Part shown: piece by piece, positions 37,901 to 50,659 of the stretch
Position numbering within the stretch: the stretch's first letter is position 1
Layout: every line of letters begins with the position of its first letter
From: Tricharina praecox
Taxonomy: Eukaryota
Direction: 5' to 3'
Assembly: GCF_024521635.1 (NCBI RefSeq)
Contig: NW_026250404.1
Coordinates: forward strand, 1,860,001 to 1,924,000
DNA: 64,000 nt
Position numbers and translations under genes: made by a program
The notes under the pieces: model-generated
The model's input: only the letters and a program-made list of their open reading frames with translations
Told to the model about the DNA's origin: nothing
The model's database searches: none

Positions 37901-40077
37901 TTGTACAGAGTAGAAGTTGCACTGTGGAAAAACGATGCGTTGGCCTGATAATATATGTGGAGGAAAAATACGGCAAACGAGTGCGGGAGCACCCTACGCT
38001 ATATGTAGTAAAGATGAGCGGCCCCAGACTCGTCAGAGGCGTAAAAGAGCGATGGGGTGCGCAGTCATTAGTTATTCGGCAGAGATGTTCTAATTTATTT
38101 TCTTTTTCTTTTTTGCGTACTCCCACTGGCACCATGCCAACCTGAGTAGGCAAGATCAACATGACCGAAAGGAAAGTGTTTTTTGTAAGGTGTTTGAGAT
38201 AATTCCGTTACCTGCACCGGCCTGTTAGGTAACTACATTTTCGTGCTTGGCCGGAAACCCCGATTCTGGCATATATATCGACAAACAGTGATAATTTCAG
38301 TGCCCGTGGCTGCCAACAAATCCGTATAAACATTTACAGTAGAACTGGCATCAACTTGACCAGACGAAGGGTCTCTGCAAATACCGGACCACGATACAGA
38401 CTGCCAGATACCAGTATGTCGCGGGTATGTAGATACGCAAACTATTCGCTCACCGAAACCTCACTACTTAGTGGGCGTATCAAGATGATCACATGATCGA
38501 CACACCGACATCATGTCCGTTGTTTCTGTGGTAGGATCAGCCAATCAGACGGCTTATGTGACCATGCCCCGTTGTGAGAGAGAACGATTGCAACTGGTGT
38601 TGTTCTACTCACGCTGAGGACATTCTCTATCCATTGAGATGTCCCTCTATGCGCAATCCGCGTCCGAGGTCCGTAAATGATTATTTGGTACTTTATGTAC
38701 CTAATGTACCTCTTAGTAGTTTACAACTTCCCCTTCCGTCTGCAGCGTCGCTGCTCGTTTCTAAAAAAACTAAAAACAAAGTTACTCAACTGGTTAATTT
38801 CGGAAACCACCCCAGCCGGCGTTCGATAACAGCAAGTTTTACTCTGGAGATGACATTTCTCCAGTGGGTCAACTCATCACTCTCGTATGTAAGTAGTATC
38901 TTGTACCCAGGCATGAACTAACCATGTTATATGCCTGCAGTGCCTCTAAATCGTAAAGCGGCCAGGAAACCGAATGGATTGATGGATCCTAAAGCTTATC
39001 TCCAGTTTTCGGAGTCCCTGCGTTCGATCATGCCTTTCCGCGAGTGATGAGCCGTGAGCATCTTTGCGGAATCAGGCAACTTGGGGAACCTTTTGCGCAC
39101 TGTCTCTCGGCCAACAAGTAGATGAGTCTCACTACTTGAGTTTACTTTGCTATATTGGAATTCGTGCATAAAAATATTTACAGGAGGACTCCGGTCTTGG
39201 GCAAGGAATCCCTCCTCCTCAGATATAGATCACATGATGCATCAGATGGAGTGAAGCGCTAGAGTATCTACATTAGCGCTATGGTACGCGGGAGCAGAGG
39301 CGACTTGGCGTCATCGGAGAATGCCGGAGAGAGGAGACCCTGTCGAGACCTGGCTGGGACCATGTGCTTGGGGAGTGAGACCGTGTTGGAACCTGGTGAG
39401 ACCAAGTGCTATGGGGGGATGCCAAGTGTGCGGGAGGTGATGCCAAGTGTGCGGGAGGGGAGACCCGATCGATGCGGTAAGTTAAACGTTGAAATGTATT
39501 CTGTTGCTTTTCTGTTACGATTGTCGGTCCCTCTATTGTTCAACACCACAGATATCAAAAGTTCAGACCTCTTTTCTTGTCTTTTCAATTGAATCACGTT
39601 TTACATTTCTCGTACCCGGTCGTGGGTCTCTCAGCGCTACATCAGGCGAACATAGCGCTTGTTGACTTATCCAGTCTTCTTCTCTCACATATCGACGATT
39701 CCATTCGCCACTCCCCCGACGTTCTCGAAGACTGCTCGCCGCATCAGATGTGCCTGACTCAGCGGTGACAAACACTACGGAAGGACCGATTAGTGTGGGA
39801 AGATTCTCCGGATAGAATCTACTCAACATCTATGGTATTCGGAGTCCACGATTACTACTGTGTTCACGATCTTGATATATAGGCTGATACGGAGTTAATT
39901 TCATGTCGTCTTGTCGACTTGCTGAATACGAGTCCTTAGTCACTTGGTCGCCATCGCTCACCCAGTTTTCCTCATGCAGCCTGGCGACTCCGAGCAAAGC
40001 TTAGATATCGCTAGCACATCCGTCGCTGCCATCGTCGAGACTAGTGAGCAAGTTCCTACTTACTTCATATGTAAGTA

Positions 40078-40260
40078 CCAGGGGCTGCCAATAAGTGGTG
40101 CCTCACCACCATTACGAATTATTAGTACTACTCTATATTAAGAGCGCACTAAGCCAGATACAATGAAATGAGGGAGTGGTTGTGACTAAATTGTATGGGG
40201 GGAAACGCTAAGTCGTATGGGGGAAAAACTGGTGAGGCAGCACTTACCCTTACACCCGAG
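40078..40260. mobile_element. Degenerate MITE, Tc1/Impala-like ends, about 183 bp
   Basis: Inverted pair TAAGTGGTGCCTCACCA (40092-40108) and TGGTGAGGCAGCACTTA (40230-40246). The termini read TA|CCAGGGGCTGCCAATAAGT and, on the reverse strand, TA|CTCGGGTGTAAGGGTAAGT, with TA on both flanks. Confidence 0.55.
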
Positions 40261-43200
40261 TACATAATGTATGTATGAATATTGCCCCACAATAAATGAG
40301 GCCTAACTAACTAGTAATGGAGTAAGCTGTCTCCGGCCCGGCCCGAAAAGTACTTATCAGCATCACGCCAATAATGACGTCTCCTGACCTATTCGTGCGC
40401 TTCTCTATTTCATTTTTTCTTTCCGGACGGCAGTCTACCTACTCTACATAGTGGGAGGACACCTGCATTTTGGGGACATCAGCAGGCCATCGACCCGCAT
40501 ACCGGAACCCCCCGTTGGGAGTATACGGTAGTATTGACAGGATGAACAGGTGGGTGCTAGTTATGGCTGTGTGTGGGGGCGATCCCGAGCGTTCTGGATC
40601 CCCCAACCCCAACCCAAATGAACCCCAAAGCCCAAAGGGGGATTTGACTGGCTACGGATTGCGCTTCTGCAACGAGTGTTCACCGGGCTTTCAGCAGTGA
40701 TTTGGCGCCGGCCCGCCTCGCTACCGTTGCCCCCTTGATTGGATAACCGCAAGCCGAACCTCCGAGTGATAGGTTGTGATTGGCAGCGATTGGTCGCAAT
40801 GTCTTATGAAAGATTGATGTGTTTTTTGTCGTTGAACGTATCGATCGGAATTCTGAGCATGCGATAAGGCTAACGGGATACGGCTGACGGTTGCTCAGCT
40901 GTCAGCAACCCCAGTGGTATCAGAGCTCTAGGTGCACCTTCTCACGCTGACTATGACACCACGCAGGATGCGCACGAGTAATCTACCCGCATTAGCTCTG
41001 ATTGACAGCGCGCCTATCCATGGCCATTCGTCAACGTATCAATCGTGATGGCCTAGGAATTTCGACTACATATAGACGTTCGCTTCGGCGTCTTTGCGGG
41101 CGTGGAGACTGGATAGGTTTTGCGTTAAATCGCGGGAGGAAGATATGCCCCTCATCGATCAGTACAGTGAGACGAGGCTGCCAATGGCGAGTAGGTAGGT
41201 ATTACTGGCCGCTGTTTCAGTGTTTCTACACATTTCCCAAAATATCTGGTATGTACCGGGCCCACCCATCAGCTTTTCGGTCTTCACAACACGTAGCCTT
41301 TGTGTCGATGGAGAAAACAGGATTAAAACACAGCAGTGCAGCATGGTTTCCCCTGTCGCCACCTCAACGCCCACCTCCCGCGCCAGCGTCGATACCGTTA
41401 TCCTCCATCACTTCCCGGCTCCTGTTTGTGATCCTATCCTCTCCGGTCATCCAGGGAAACAAGCAAACTGGCCCCACCGAAGGAAGCACTGGGGTGGGTT
41501 TTGCTGCAGCCTAGTAGTCACCTCTGGAGGCGGTTTGTCCGGGAGTCCCCCCTCCGCGGCCTGGACTGGTTCCATATCTCTGCGATACCTGCACCCCACA
41601 AGTTACCTATGGTATGGTATGGTACTAAAGATTCTTACTTTTCGCAAACACTCCTTGGAGACTGTTAGAGTGTGTCGTGCAGAGTAGGGGCACGCACCCA
41701 GGACGTGTCTTGATAAGCCATGAAGGACTCAGGAGCCCCTCACATTGGACTAAAACCCTCCTGATGAGTGCATAGCTTTTGTGGGCCAGGGACGGCGTAA
41801 AAACAATGGGCCAGACGGAACCCATGTATGATACATACCATACGACCAAGGGCCCGGGGGCGGGGCCTGGTTCCGTCTCGTACCTACTGAGCGTTTCACT
41901 CTCCCTTCTCCATCATGGCTACGGTACCCCCTTATGTTTTATTGGTAGCAGCCTACTGTTAACGGTTGGCATTTGACAATCATCCACAGAAAGTTATTCC
42001 GGAAAATCCGAGTGTCGGTCGGCTGGCTGAGACAGCGGGTTATGTATCTAGAGGATCCAGATCAGGGTTCAGCTAACTAGCTCCGGGCCAATAATCTAAG
42101 GTTATCTTGCGTCCCCATTAGCTGAAATTACATGTAGGAGCGGGCTGGAGGGATGATGTGGGATGTGATCGGGACGATGATGACGGCTAGCTATTGGAAA
42201 GTGGACATGCTTAATAGGACGTTTGGCCGGGGAACTGTACGGAGCGAGGCAGGCAGAGCTGCTGCCGCGAAGCGCAGAGTCCCAAGAAAAGTGGGGACGG
42301 TGATACGGTACCTACCCATCGAAAAGATTGCCGGCAAGAGCGGATAAGGCTCATTCGTTGGAGAAAAAAAGCCTCAGCTCCCGGCGCGGATGGTTTCACA
42401 CTGGCTTGGTTGGTGGTGGTCTTCTGGATAATACCGTACGTATGTATCACGGTGAAGGATGACCTTTCCACCAACACCGGAGGACCAGGGAAAATGGCAT
42501 CGCCGAATATCTGCATATATAGCCAAGACGGTTGGCTGGCTGGGTCGGATTTGTAGCCGATTAGCAAGGTGCGTGTTGTTCTAGATGATTATTTTTGGTC
42601 TTGGTCATTCCGAAGGACTCGTTCGGCAAGGATCGATAGATAGGTATTCCGTGGTGGATCGATTGGTTCTCATGCCCGCCTCCCGCTGGCCTTTAGCTTG
42701 AGCTGTCTTCTTCAGCTGTCTTTGTAGTTGTCACCCTGTGTACCAGCCAGCCAGACCTCAGGCGCGTTCGGCTCGTCGCGCGTCCATTTTTGCGCTCTCG
42801 ATGCTCTGAGTCCTGACCTATCCCCGCTCTATCGTGGCGTGTTTGACTGCCATTGCTGACGTGTGCCAAGTCCCCACCCCCGGATGCGGGAGGTTCCATT
42901 AAGAGCTGGCCGCCATATTCTTTCGAGCTCCGCGAAGCGGAGATGGTGTCTCAAGTGACCACTGCTGACTGCGGATGCAATCGCCGCTGCCTTGTTAGAA
43001 CAAAAGGCGTACAGGCAGAAATATCTCGATTGGCAAAGCCGATTACGGTAGCATCCCGCCGTTGGGCTCGAGTGTATCTCACGGTATCTCATGTCTCAAA
43101 GCGATTGCTAAAGCGAGGAGACGGGAGGATACCTACCTACCATACGCCCAGCGCGCGCAGGGAGGAAGGGAGTGGACTGCACCGCTGTCATCTGCATCTG

Positions 43201-45332
43201 ACACCTCCTCCTCTCATTCCCTTAGCACTTTTGCAAGAGGGGGGGCTGGGGGGATCTGCATACGACGAGGTGAAGTTTGAGAGTAAGAATTCGGCCATAC
43301 GGAGTTTTCCCCCGCTGATCTCCATCGACCATTCCCGCATTGATGTTTACGCATGTTTGCGATGCATCTGCCTGGAATACCGCAAACACCTGCGTGTCTA
43401 GTCGAGCACTGCCCTCCAGAGTTGTTTTTGGCTTGATGTGTGCGGTCCACTACCGTACTCGAGTACATACCGGCCTTCACATTTGTCGAATTCGCCCCGA
43501 GGTGCTGCCATGCGAGTAACGATTTGTGCAATGAATCGGCCATCCGGCCTGGCCTTGCCCGGTTCAGTGAGAATACAATCATTATCATCGGTGACACCAG
43601 GCCTATATGGATTAGTTAGAGTGAGAGGGGGGTAAATTGCGGGGACGAGGAGCGGTGGCGGTGGCTACCCAGGTGGTATGGGAAATTCACCACAGTAATT
43701 TCAGACCATCGACTCTCGCTCGATGTGACTAATCTAATGCGGGCGTCGATGGCAGAGCAGTTAGTACCTATTATCGGTCACACTACAATTCTTGGCCGCC
43801 GCCGTTTCCCGGGGTCGTCGTCGTCGTTCCAAGCCCGGACACCAGCCGTCACTCAGGCATTCTCCATTCTCTAACCTCTATATTCCAAATCTCCCCATTG
43901 AACATTCCCAGTAATAGTTTCCAAACATTTTAATTCCATCCGCTACCTCGAGCTAGCCACCGAGATAGCGGACAGAATATGTAGGTGGTGCGTCTTCTTG
44001 CCATTGGCCTACTACAGTAGCAAAAAGCAGGGTGTGATTGATGTCGGAGGTCTCTAGCAGTCTCAGAGAATACAGATTTACTTTGGTATTTGTTTTTTTT
44101 CTATAGTCTCAATTCTACAGTATATTACCTAGTATATGGGCTGCGTGCGAGTAATGAAGAATTAAAAAATAACTCAAAAAAAGGCATGCTAAATTTATTC
44201 CGTCTCGACACGCGAAAACCTTCCAACATGACTATCCGCCGTTTTTCTTTTTGCTGTTTACGTGTGATGGGGACTAGCGCTGCGGCGGGAATCTGCAGTT
44301 CAAACTTCAGCGAAGGCATGCCAGGGCCAAGTTCCATCCAAGGGCGGATAATCGGAACTCCATAGTACCGCCAGCAAGTTGCCGGTGGGGATCGGCCCTT
44401 CACTGCCATTTCGCACTGAGGCCTCGATGGCGAGAAGCCCGGCGTGGCTAAAGACTTTATTACATACTACTCGTTCTGGTATCGAACGCTTGGGAATTGG
44501 GGCTGGGCGGAGAGCAATAGGGAACCGATATCGAGCTCGCGGCCAGCGGTCGGTGACAGCCGAGTGGAAAATGATATGTAATCTGCTATGATCTACTAAG
44601 GTCGAATGGAATGATGATTAAACAAAAAAACGTTTGGGAATTGGTCGGAAGATGGGCTGCAAATGCAGGACGGGCATTCTTGGGTGGGGCCTACTGCCGG
44701 CCCGGCACGGCTCACTCTCGGCCCGTTTTTCTCGAGCCGAATGGAAGAGGATGGGCGGACGGACATCCGAGGGTCCCGGATGCACCATACCTATTTCGCC
44801 GCCGGACTCTCCGTGGTAGGTGGGCATGTAGTTTGATTAGAGTTAAGGTTTCGCAGTGTGCGAATACGGTACTGGTACAGGGATCAAAGGAGGGGTTGTG
44901 TCTAGACGGGGTCACTTTCACCGTAGTCCTGTTTCCGTTACTGAATCCTTACACTTGGATTATGAATAGACCTTGAGGCTTGAGCTCCCCTTCTGGCCGA
45001 AATCCGTCACTTCAAAGTTCAAACGGGAGGATTTCAGGAATTCCGACCATCCCCCGGGTATCCTATGTAACCATATCACCTCGGGCACCCAATAGTTAGA
45101 ACTTAGCAGCTGGAAGACTCCAACTGGGGCCGGACCGTGTTATACGGCTAGGTGTTTACTTATCTGTAAAGACCGGCACTGGGACCTGTAGGTAAAGGCC
45201 GCCAAGCAAAATCACATCTTCTTCCAGAGGACTGCCCGGAATTATCATTACCGTCTCTCGAAATCTGCGCCCAAGGGCCCATCCGGACCCGTCAAACTAG
45301 CATACCGTAACTTTTGTCAGGACTGGTACATA

Positions 45333-45475
45333 CCTTATTGAGCAATGTAGAGTACATACTAAAGAGACCTTATATAAGCCGAAGAAAATTTATAATTCTT
45401 ATAAGCCAGCCATAAGCACGATGAACTCATAAGGCCTCCATAAGACTTTTGATTTTAGTACATTTCTCAATATAG
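45333..45475 (-). mobile_element. 143-bp deletion derivative (MITE) of the 5298-6623 element, inverted
   Basis: TA-flanked. The right end in reverse complement, CTATATTGAGAAATGTACTAAAATCAAAAGTCTTATGG, matches the 5298 left end. Internal ATAAGCCAGCCATAAGCACGATGAACTCATAAGGCCTC is the reverse complement of a close variant of 6520-6557. Confidence 0.7.
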
Positions 45476-45548
45476 TATGTACTGTACAGTCATGAGGGTT
45501 AAAAAATATGGTAGTGCTAACGTATCTATCAGAAAATGCTAGTGATGC

Positions 45549-45630
45549 CGTATCAGTGCGGTCAAAATACGTATTTTTTATGCCCTGATACGAAATCAAT
45601 ATGCGTCGAGAAGGAAACAACGTACTTTTT
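45549..45630 (+). repeat. Dispersed repeat fragment, copy 1 (copy 2 at about 57594-57672)
   Basis: GTATCAGTGCGGTCAAAATACGTATTTTTTATGCCCTGATACGAAATCAATATGCGTCGAGAAGGAAACAACGT aligns colinearly with 57594 GTATCAACACGGTCAAAATACGTATTCTTCATGTCCTAATGCGACAGCAATATCCGTTCAGCAGGAAATAACGT. Confidence 0.75.
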
Positions 45631-47266
45631 ACCCCCCCCCCCCCCCCTGAATGTACATACGGCAAAATCAAGAAAAAGAGTCAGGAGCGAGTCCCACGGC
45701 TACATACAAAAGCTGCCAACGGTATGTACGAGTTTCATGGGTGGGGAGCAGCTCGCGGATACTCTCGGACAGAACGCCTTTGAGAACCCTCCCTATGGTA
45801 CAGGTAATGGGACAGGGCCCGTTTTGTTGAATGGGCACGCATTTAAATCGGCTTCCTATATGTTTTCTGGCTGTAATTAGCGTCTATTTGGCTGTGAAAA
45901 GGCTGTGAAAAGGCTGTATCCAGGCTTAAAGGATTAAAAGGGCTCTAAGGTATAAAGGGCGAGATGAGGAAGTGATGGAAGAGCTGATGGCGAGATGAGG
46001 AAAGGAGTAGCTGTTGGAGAGAAGGAGGAGAGGAGTTGTTGGCGAGAGGAGGAAGGGAAGGAGGGGCTGTTAGCGAGGTGAGGAAGTGATGGTGGAGCTG
46101 TCGGTGGGAGGAAACGAATGTGGTTAGTAGTGGGCATCAACGTTGGTAGGCATGGCGGGGGGCATGGCGGGGCCGGCCGAATAAGGAGATGATGCTCCAT
46201 TTATAAATCGAGGCCTATTCATCACTCAAGCCGAAAGCCTAATGAGCGGTAAGGTATCGTTTTACCAACGGTTGCCCGAACAGAGTTGTGGAGAGACATT
46301 GCATTTACTGCCAATGGTCAATTTACACCTCAACACCAAATCTGACCTCTGTCTATTCGTCACATTTAGTATTGACAGCCAAATTAGGTGAAAGAGCCCA
46401 ATATGACCATCGTAAACTAGCTGCAATTACTACTAACCGCCCATTGACTCGGCTCCGCCTAAATAAACATGGCAACTTGTACGCTATGAGGAAAAACGGC
46501 CAATTTACTGGCAGAAGCCTGAATTACCAGTGAGAATGAGCCGCACTTTGTGCTAATAGCAAGTTTACAAGCACACTCGCATTTAACTAAAGAGGCCTCA
46601 TCCCATTCCCTGTACCCTAAGGCCTTGTATGTAACGACTTCCGAACCCGAAGACCACGGTCACGTACTGAACCAGTGAAGATAACAGAGTACCTCTGATC
46701 CGGAGATAATCCGACATTACTAAGGCTTAGCTAGAATTTGTAAGGCCTACCTGTGATAAACGGGTTGAATCCGACTGCGCGGACAAACGTCGTTCCCACC
46801 TCTCAATAGGTATCATAGCACTCATTTTTAAGGGGTATGAAATGAGGAAGACCCATGCTAGTCTCTAAAAAAACACCTCTATTACAGATTTTTTCTGTTT
46901 TGCCAGCGATTAAAAGGCATAAGTGTGCAATGAAATGTCCAGGCTTGAGAGCCCGGGCTGGGTCGCGATTCAGGGGATACCCGTTTCTGTCGTATTCAAA
47001 GCACAGATTGCAGAAAATTAAATCCATTTGCAAGCCAGAGCAACCCATTCCCACCTCTCACGCATTGTGCCAAAGACAAAAAAAAATCACAAGGAAAGAA
47101 AGAACGACAAATGTGACGGTCTTAATAGTAATGACAAGTGAAACCCATCGTAAACGCGCAGATTCAACCCATTGAAACAACCCAGCCCTAAAAAAATGTA
47201 GAATAGCATGAATTTACGAATCAAGAAGACAGAAACCCGTATTCCCCATCAGTAGCGTGCACCTTC

Positions 47267-50137
47267 TTAATCATAGTCAGTGTCATCTTCGGTATCCTCT
47301 TCGCATTCACTATCGCCGGCATAATCGTCAACGTCGTCACAGGTAACATCGTGGTCCTCTTCGTATCCGCCATCGCAGGCAAATTCTCCAGTGATGGCGT
47401 CGCAGATAACATCGTGATCGTGGTCGTTGTGGTTCTCAGCATCGTCGTAGCCTGAACCTGTATTTTCATGGGCAACGGTTACATCGTCGTCTTGTTGCAT
47501 GATCTGGTCATCGTATGTGTCTCCGCACTCGGTCGTCTCTGTCGGCGGTTCAACATCCCACCCTATGCTCTCAGGTTCAGGCGCTGGCCCCCATCCGATA
47601 TCTTCACCGGGCAGAACTCCAACCGGGTCATAGCCCCATCCTTCCATACCGTCCTCAAATGCTCCGACAGAATTCCCCGCTTCCTCTCCATTCTGGACGC
47701 TCTCGTCGGTGTCTGTCCACATGTCTTCTTCATCGTGAGTATAGTTGGCCCTCATTAGAATCATGTCGTCGCTATCGTATTGTTCGGTGTCGGTCTCGTC
47801 AAGCATGTCCTCGTAATCGTACACAGATTCTCCATCGTCGTCATCGTCATCTTCGGATTCGTGGTCCCCATAGGAGACAGTGCCAGCCTCCGAAAGAACT
47901 TCAAAGTCGGCCGGCCTCAATGCTACCTCGCAGTCCCTCATTATTTCGTTGTGGTCTATGATATGGCGCAAAACTCGGCTGCTGATGTATGCAACGTGGT
48001 GTTTCACCTTCCGGCCACTGTCGTCTCGCGAGGTATGGTATATTGGAGATGGCGAATACGGATCCCCGGTCCCGGTTCCCAAAGGATCTAACGGGGGCGT
48101 TTCGGATTCGGAAGAGGAAGAGTCCTCATACACATCTCGGTATGAAACCCACACCCCGTTCCATCCATGAGTGCGATCGATTTCCCATGGTTCCTGAGAC
48201 TGCCTGTCCCGCGACGACCGCGTGATTCTCCACACCCCTACTGGAGTTTGTTTTGCTAGGTCAACGACGGCGAGTTCCCAGTCGCCCTGAATGCCGAGCC
48301 ATCTTCCGTCAGCTGACAAAGCCACAAATGTCTCCGCGTGGTCCCACGTCTTCAGCAGAGGTATCGCGTAGGTGGGGCTAAGAGTACGTGAGGTAGCCGT
48401 CAAATTCCAAACAAGGGCTTCTCGATATTCATAACGGCCAGTAGTATCGGCTCCATTCCGCATCCTACCACCAACAGTTGCAGCGAGGAGGGTTTCGGTG
48501 AGCGCAAAGGAACACCACATGCAAACACTTCGGCCATCTTCCATTGGCAATGGCCCATACTCTTGCGGCATATTGAGAATGTGTAAGATTTCTCCCGTCT
48601 GTGTCGATAACAGAACAAACTCCATCACACGGAGGTTGTTAGCACCGGAGCGGACGTGGTTTGACGGGACGAAATTTCGCTTGCTTCTTGAGGCAAAGGC
48701 AACAACGGCAGAATTCATCTTCACGCCATCATTATCCCAAAAAAATGTGCGGTTGCCGATCCTCTGGATCATCTTGCGCTGCCAATGTGGTTTTACAGAT
48801 TTTCCAGGGACGAAGCATTTGATAGTTGATGCCTTATTTCCGTCATTATCGTCGCAGATAACAAGGTAATCCCCAGCAGAGCGGAATTCCCAGTTCGAGT
48901 CATTGCCCCACGGCCCCCACGGTCCTAACAATTCGGTAGGGTCGGTGGAATCCTGTGCAGCTGACCATATTGGCTCCTGGTCATCGTGTACAAACTCCCA
49001 AACCTTGTCAACCACATCCGGCGTTGAGTATCTCTCGACTTTGGAAACGGCCAAATAAGACAGACCAACATCACCCAGTTCTCTGGTCAAGGGCACGAGG
49101 TTCAGGTTTGCATCGGAGTGGACCTATGGAAGAGTCCGTCAGCAAGAATTGACGTCATAGAGATCCGATTCACGTACACAGCTTCTGATCCACTCTGTGA
49201 ATCCCTCCACGTTCACGAATTCTGCTTTTGCAGCGCTCAGCCACGGGACATCCTGCACGCCACCAGAAACCAAGTAATTCTTCGCTTTGGCAGCCTCAAT
49301 GTCCGCCACGAAGTATCCCTTTCCGGTGATCCCGCCCATGTCGTGCCAGAATTCCGGCACGTCCGAAAAGGTGAAGAAAGCGCCCGAATCGGCCCCGGAA
49401 TAAGCGATGCCGCCGTTGTCGCCACGCGTTCCTTCGGTCCCGGAGTGCGCGAAGTCAATGATCCTCGTGGCGCCCGCAGGCACGGGATGCATTCTCCGTT
49501 GGGTCCACCGTAGCGAATTGGCGTACTCCTCGTACTCCAGCAGGTCCCCGTCATTTTCCGTCTTGCCTGGCGCAGGGAACGGTCCGTTGTGCCCGGTGTA
49601 CAGCACCTCGTCTTGGCCGATCTCGCGCATGTGGCGCGGCTTGCCGTCGCTATGCATCTCCTTCCTGTTGGGCTTCGAGAGGACCCATATTCGTTTCACA
49701 AATTCCTGCCAGGTGCTCTCGACCGTGAGGGCCGTGGGCGTAATGCCGCCGAGAAGGGCAACGGCTACTTCACGCCAGATCCGCCTGTCGTTCTGAGGCC
49801 CCAAATCAGAGAGGAGGATGTAGAAAGTTTTGCTGGTCAGTCGCAGGCGTGCAAGATCTTTGACTCCTCCGTGACGCGCGACAAAGACCAGGGTGCGGAG
49901 GATGAGTTCTGGCGGAAGAGAGACAAATGTAGTCGAGTTCCTTTTGCTCATATCGAATATTGAAAGTATGGGATGCTGCGAAGATGTCGTGACACCCTCC
50001 ATTTTGGATGGAGCCGTGGATGTATTGGAGGAAGGCGGGGCGGGGTTGGATGTAACTAGAACTTGATGTGGCGGACTGTCTTGAAGATGTCGCTTAAGGA
50101 TGTAGTTTCTAGGGTAGGAAGAAGGATGATCCAACAT
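47267..50137 (-). CDS. F-box-domain protein with beta-rich middle region and long acidic C-terminus; intron 49124-49177; start at 50137 or 50002
   Basis: N-terminal F-box-like FVSLPPELILRTLVFVARHGGVKDLARLRLTSKTFYILL. Two long ORFs are joined in frame by a GT-AG intron with a GCTGAC branch. Trp/beta-strand-rich segments (VALSADGRWLGIQGDWELAVVDL) suggest a propeller. Confidence 0.8.
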
Positions 50138-50659
50138 GGGTTGGGGAGCGCGTTCTAGGGCCACTTACCGGCATTAGCCGCCTAGTTTGCTCGTTGCGTT
50201 TGAATGACTTCTAACCTTCACTCTTTGCTGATTGCAGGCTGTTGAGGACTGAATACCATGGAAGAAATATATCACCACTGTTTACGAACCGAATAATGGC
50301 CTTGTTTTGGCAATCAGGGCGCTTTTTGAGACACCATAACTGCAAATAAGGTCGTTTCCACCGGAAACCCCATTGAGATTTAGGTAGTTACTGGAAATTT
50401 TAGCTCGAAATGGCCATCTTTCACCTTCATAAAAAAAATGACATCTGAGGATAGTACCAAGACCACCCGAACTAAAATGGGGTTTCAAAATAGAGATGGT
50501 ATTTGAATCTAGTTGTAATAGGTGAATAAAACCATTGCCTTCTCATGTCCATCTCTCTATGCTCCCCCTCCCGTACCCTTTCCGATTCTCCTTTAAATCT
50601 CGATGTGGTAACTAAAACCATTACAATGTACCTTCCCATATCCACCGCCGCTATTATGA

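Noticed and set aside
49096..49180. In-frame TGA/TAG between two ORFs as a readthrough or A-to-I editing site
   Set aside because: Both stops lie inside a canonical 54-nt GT-AG intron (49124-49177) with a GCTGAC branch.
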